This document shows, in pieces, positions 60,001 to 64,000 of a stretch of DNA of 64,000 bases (its first letter is position 1; each line of letters opens with the position of its first letter). The position numbers and the translations under genes were made by a program. The notes below the pieces were generated by a model. That model was given only the letters and a program-made list of their open reading frames with translations, was not told the origin of the DNA and ran no database searches. The DNA comes from Hemiscyllium ocellatum (taxonomy: Eukaryota), in assembly GCF_020745735.1 (NCBI RefSeq), contig NC_083409.1, forward strand, positions 14,851,873-14,915,872, read 5' to 3'.

Positions 60001-60770
60001 TTTGTTCTCAACTTTACCAATCTCAGGTTGAAATCTCTCCTCACTATCTCCCTGGGTCCCACCCGCCCACCTTACTAGTTTAAATCCTCCCGAGCAGCTC
60101 TAGCAAATCTCCCTGCCAGTATATTAGTCCCCTTCCAATTTAAGTGCAATCTGTCCTTCTTGTACAGGTCACTTCTACCTCAAAACAGCTTCCAAAGATC
60201 TAAAAATGTGAATCCTTCTCCCATACACCAGCTCCTCAGCCATGCATTCATCTGCTCTATCCTCCTGTTCCTGCCCTCACTAGCTCATAGCACCAGTAGT
60301 AATTCAGATATTACTACTCTTGAGGACCTCCTTTTTTAAATTCCTGCCTAACTCTCTGCAATCTCCCTTCAGAATCTCAACCTTTTCCCTTCCTATGTCA
60401 TTGGTTCCAAAGTGTACAAGACCTCCTGCTGGTCTCTCTCCACTTAAGAACATTCTGCACCCTCCCGGAGACATCTTTGATCCTGGCACCAGGGAAGCAA
60501 CACACCATTCTGATTTTTTACTGCTGGCCACTGAAATGTCTGTCTGTACCTCGGGCTAGAGAGTCCCCTAACACAGTCGATTGTTTGGAACCCGACGTAC
60601 CTCCCATTACATTAGAGCCAGTGTCAATACCAGAAACTTGGCTGCTCATGCTAAGTACCCCTGAGTTTCCATCACCCCCTACATTTTCCAAAACAGCATA
60701 CTTGTTTGAAATGGGAATAACCACAGAAGACTCCTGCACTACTTGCCTACCTCTCTTGCCTTTCCTGGAG
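57075..60770 (-). mobile_element. Near full-length degenerate CR1 LINE
   Basis: ORF1 SGNH (LVHFGTNDIG), endonuclease (IGGDFNFPNID), RT (SQHGSVHGKSCLTNLIEFFEE; SKFANDTK) and 3' tail. Confidence 0.9.
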
Positions 60771-61489
60771 TTATGGTAAGAGCCCATGGGATCCAAGGCA
60801 TTTTGGCAAATTGGATCCAAATATGAGGCAAAGAGTGATGGGAGAGGTTTGTCTTTGTGATTGGAAGCCTGTGACCAGTGGTGTAAGACAGGGATTGGGG
60901 CTGGGACCCTTGCTGTTTGTAATGTACATTAACAAATTGACTGTGATTGTAAAATTAGAAAGTTTTCAGAGGCCACATAAATTGGTGGTGCTATTGATAT
61001 TGATTTGATTTTTATTTAAGTTTATTGTCACGTGTTCTCGATTGCAAAAGTATTGGAGTACAGTGAAAAGTATGTAACGTCACCTCACAAGGTGCCATCT
61101 TAGGTACAAGGACCTCAGTACAGAATCGTAAGAACAAGGTAGAAAGAAAGAATAAAGTTCAAGGTTACACGTTGCAGATCTTTTTTAGTTTTAAGTAGAA
61201 AATGAAGAAATAAAGCTGAAAGTTCAAACATTACAGCATTTCTTAAGAACTTAGCTACCATGGGATCATTCTTTAAATCATCATCTCGAGACCGGAAGTC
61301 CACGCTGAGGCCTTCCCGGGTGGAGAGACCACCATATACAGAAAGGACCACTATGTGGGCTGAGAGAGAACCACTCTGGGCCACTCAGAGATCGCTACAC
61401 TAGGCCGAGTGACCATCACGCTGGGCTGAGAGGCCACCACATCAAACAGAGGCCATCATGTTGGACTGCCTCGTTGGGCTGGAAGGTAT

Positions 61490-61585
61490 CCCTGAAGAAG
61501 GGCTCATGCCGGAAACGCCGACTCTCCTGTTCCTTGGATGCTGCCTGACCTGCTGCGCTTTTCCAGCAACACATTTTCAGCTCTG
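61490..61585 (+). mobile_element. Short type-A pLTR insertion starting at the hammerhead core
   Basis: CCTGAAGAAGGGCTCATGCCGGAAACGCCGAC; cleavage triplet decayed to GCC. Confidence 0.7.
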
Positions 61586-61829
61586 GTAGATCTCCCTGCC
61601 AGGCCAGGACACTGCCACATCAAGCCAAGAGGCTACATCATTAGGTCTGCACTGGGTCAGAGGCCTGGCAACTGAGGCTGCGAGTCCGAGTCCGGGAGAA
61701 GAAATTAGGGAGAAGGACAAAAGAAAAACACAAAAGAAAAGGAAAAGAGAAGTGGGATAGAAAGAAGAAAAGGAAACAGATGGAGCAGATGAACTCGGTC
61801 TGAAGTGTCTGACTCTGCGGCCATCTTGG

Positions 61830-63530
61830 ATTACTGGGTCTCAGGCTGCAGTCTGATATTGGTCAGCTGGTAAATTGGGCAGAGCAATGGCAGATGTAAT
61901 TTAATCCTGATACCTCTGAGGTGATCCAACTTGGGAGGTCTAATAAGGGAAGGATATACACAATGAAAGGCATGTACCTTGAGTATCCTTATGCATGAAT
62001 CACAGAGGGTTGGTCTACAGATAAAACAAGCAATTAGGAAGGCAAATGGAATTTTGTCCTTCATTGCTAAAGGGATTGAGTTCAAAAAGCGGGAAGATTA
62101 TGTTGCAGCTGTACAGGGTGCTGGTGAGACCACACCTGGAGTACTGCATGCAGTAATGGTCTCCTTACTTGAAAAAGGCAATACTGGCACTAGAGGGGTG
62201 CAGAGAAAGTTCACCAGGCTGATTCTGGGGTGGAGGGGTTTCGCTTATGAAGGGAGACTGTGTAGACTGGGATCTATTCATTGGAACTTAGAAGAATGAG
62301 GGGAATCTTATAGAAACAAATAAAATTATAAAGAGAATAGATAAGACAGAAGTAGAGAGGATGTCCTCACTGGCAGGTGAAACTAAAACAAGAGGGTTTA
62401 ACCTCAAAATTAGGGGGAGCAGATTTAGGACTGAATTGAGAAGGAACCTCTTATCCAGAGGGTCATAAATCTATGAAATTCCTTGCTCAATGAAGAAATT
62501 GATGCTACTTCAGTAAATGTTTTAAAGCTAAGTAGATTTTTTTGAACAATAAAGGAATTAAGAGATACAGTGAGAGTAAATGCCAAGTCTTGAACTTCAG
62601 AAAAAAGACTACAGGCATGGACAATTTTCTAAACGGTGAGAACATTCATAAAGCCAAAGTACAAAGTGATCTGGGAATGCTAGTCCCGGATTCTCTAAAG
62701 GTTAACTTGCAGGTTGAATCCGTGGTTAAGAAAGCAAATGTAATGTTGTCATTTATCTCGAGCTGAAAAATGTGTTGCTGAAAATGCGCAGCAGGAATGA
62801 AAAAGGGCTTATGCCTGAAACATCAATTCTCCTGCTCCTTGGATGCTGCCTGACCTGTTGCACTTGTCCAGCAACACATTTTTCAGCTCTGATCTCCAGC
62901 ATCTGCAGTCCTCACTTTCTCCAGTTTATCTCAAGAGGGTTGGAATGTAAAATGAGATGTGCTACTGAGACTTTATAAAGCTCTGGTTAGGCCCCATTTA
63001 GTCCACTTTTGTGCCCCACACCTCAGGAAGGACATATTGATACTGGACCGTGTCCAGTGGAGATTCACATGGGTGAGCCCTGGAATGGTAATCCTAATAT
63101 ATGATGAATGGCTGAGGATCTTGGGATTGTATTCATTCGACTTTAGAAGGGGAGATCTAATAGAAACTTACAAGATAATGCATGGTTTTGAAAGGGTGGA
63201 TGCTGGGAAATTGTTTCCATTAGGTGGGAGTACTAGGACCCGAGGGCACAGCCTTAGAGTTAGAGGGGGTCAGTTTAAAACATAACTGAGGAGACATTTC
63301 TTCAGCTAGAGAGTGATGGGCCTTTGGAATTCATTGCCACAGAGCGCACTGGCGGCTGAAATATTAAATGTCTTCAAGGCAGAGATTGATAAATTCTTAA
63401 TCTTGGAATGAATTAAGGGCTACAGGGAGAGTGTGGGTAACTGTCCTTCAATGCCCATCACCCATGATTGAATGACGGAGTGGACTCGATGGGCCAAATG
63501 GCCTTACTTCCACTCCTTTGTCTTATGGTC
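61830..63530 (+). mobile_element. CR1 LINE 3' fragments
   Basis: RT C-terminal ORFs at 61979-62299 and 62959-63285; CR1 tails. Confidence 0.8.
62763..62924 (+). mobile_element. Type-A pLTR fold-back insertion nested in CR1
   Basis: Inverted arm 62761-62795 versus 62854-62888; decayed hammerhead about 62796-62830; TSD TTTATCTC(G/A)AG at 62752-62762 and 62925-62935. Confidence 0.75.
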
Positions 63531-64000
63531 TAATGTGGAGCTGAGTCCATGAAAAGATCAGCCATGATCTTATTGAATGGCAGAGCAGGGTTGAAGGGAC
63601 AGATGGCCTACTCCTGCTCCTAGTTCTTATGTTCTTATGTTCCTTGGGAGTACTGAGGAACAAAGGGACCTTGGTGTACAACTCCATCAATCCCAGAAGG
63701 TATCAGCATAGCTAGACAGGGTGGTGAAGAAGGCATATGGGATGCCCTATTCCCAGCTGAGAAGGTTGTATAGAGAGGGTTTGTTGTATGTCATTCTTGT
63801 ATAAAATTGATTTGTTAAAAGGATGTTGACAAGAACTCACTGATAACTAGAACTAAGCGAGGTTCTGTATTTATCACACCTAATGGATTATACCCAATGG
63901 CAAGTTTTGCTCTGTGGACTTAACAACTCTCCAGTCACATTTGAATGATTATTATGAAAGTGAACAAGGTCACACTCCCCCACATTACACTCCATCTGCC

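Overview
Vertebrate genomic DNA from a cartilaginous fish, probably a carpet or bamboo shark. That call rests on HE1-type V-SINEs, dense CR1 LINEs, Penelope-like elements (PLEs) and shark-type Ig kappa genes. Most of the window is transposon-derived. The non-repeat content is a mosaic of broken genes. (1) 1-8662 (+): five exons of a disabled CEP350 copy, one of them out of normal order. (2) 16448-16781 (+): an Ig kappa (type III/NS4) constant exon with no V or J found upstream. (3) 22020-25598 (+): the last two exons of an RNase L-like (KEN domain) gene; the first is split by a Penelope-derived 72-bp perfect hairpin carrying a hammerhead ribozyme motif. (4) 33705-43701 (-): a complete but damaged, unrearranged leader-V-(12RSS/23RSS)-J-C kappa cluster. 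About 15 minimal hammerhead motifs of four Penelope types are present, five with intact cores, and several lie in fold-back insertions whose breakpoints fall at the ribozyme core. All protein identities come from comparison with remembered sequences and need database confirmation. Repeat boundaries are approximate.
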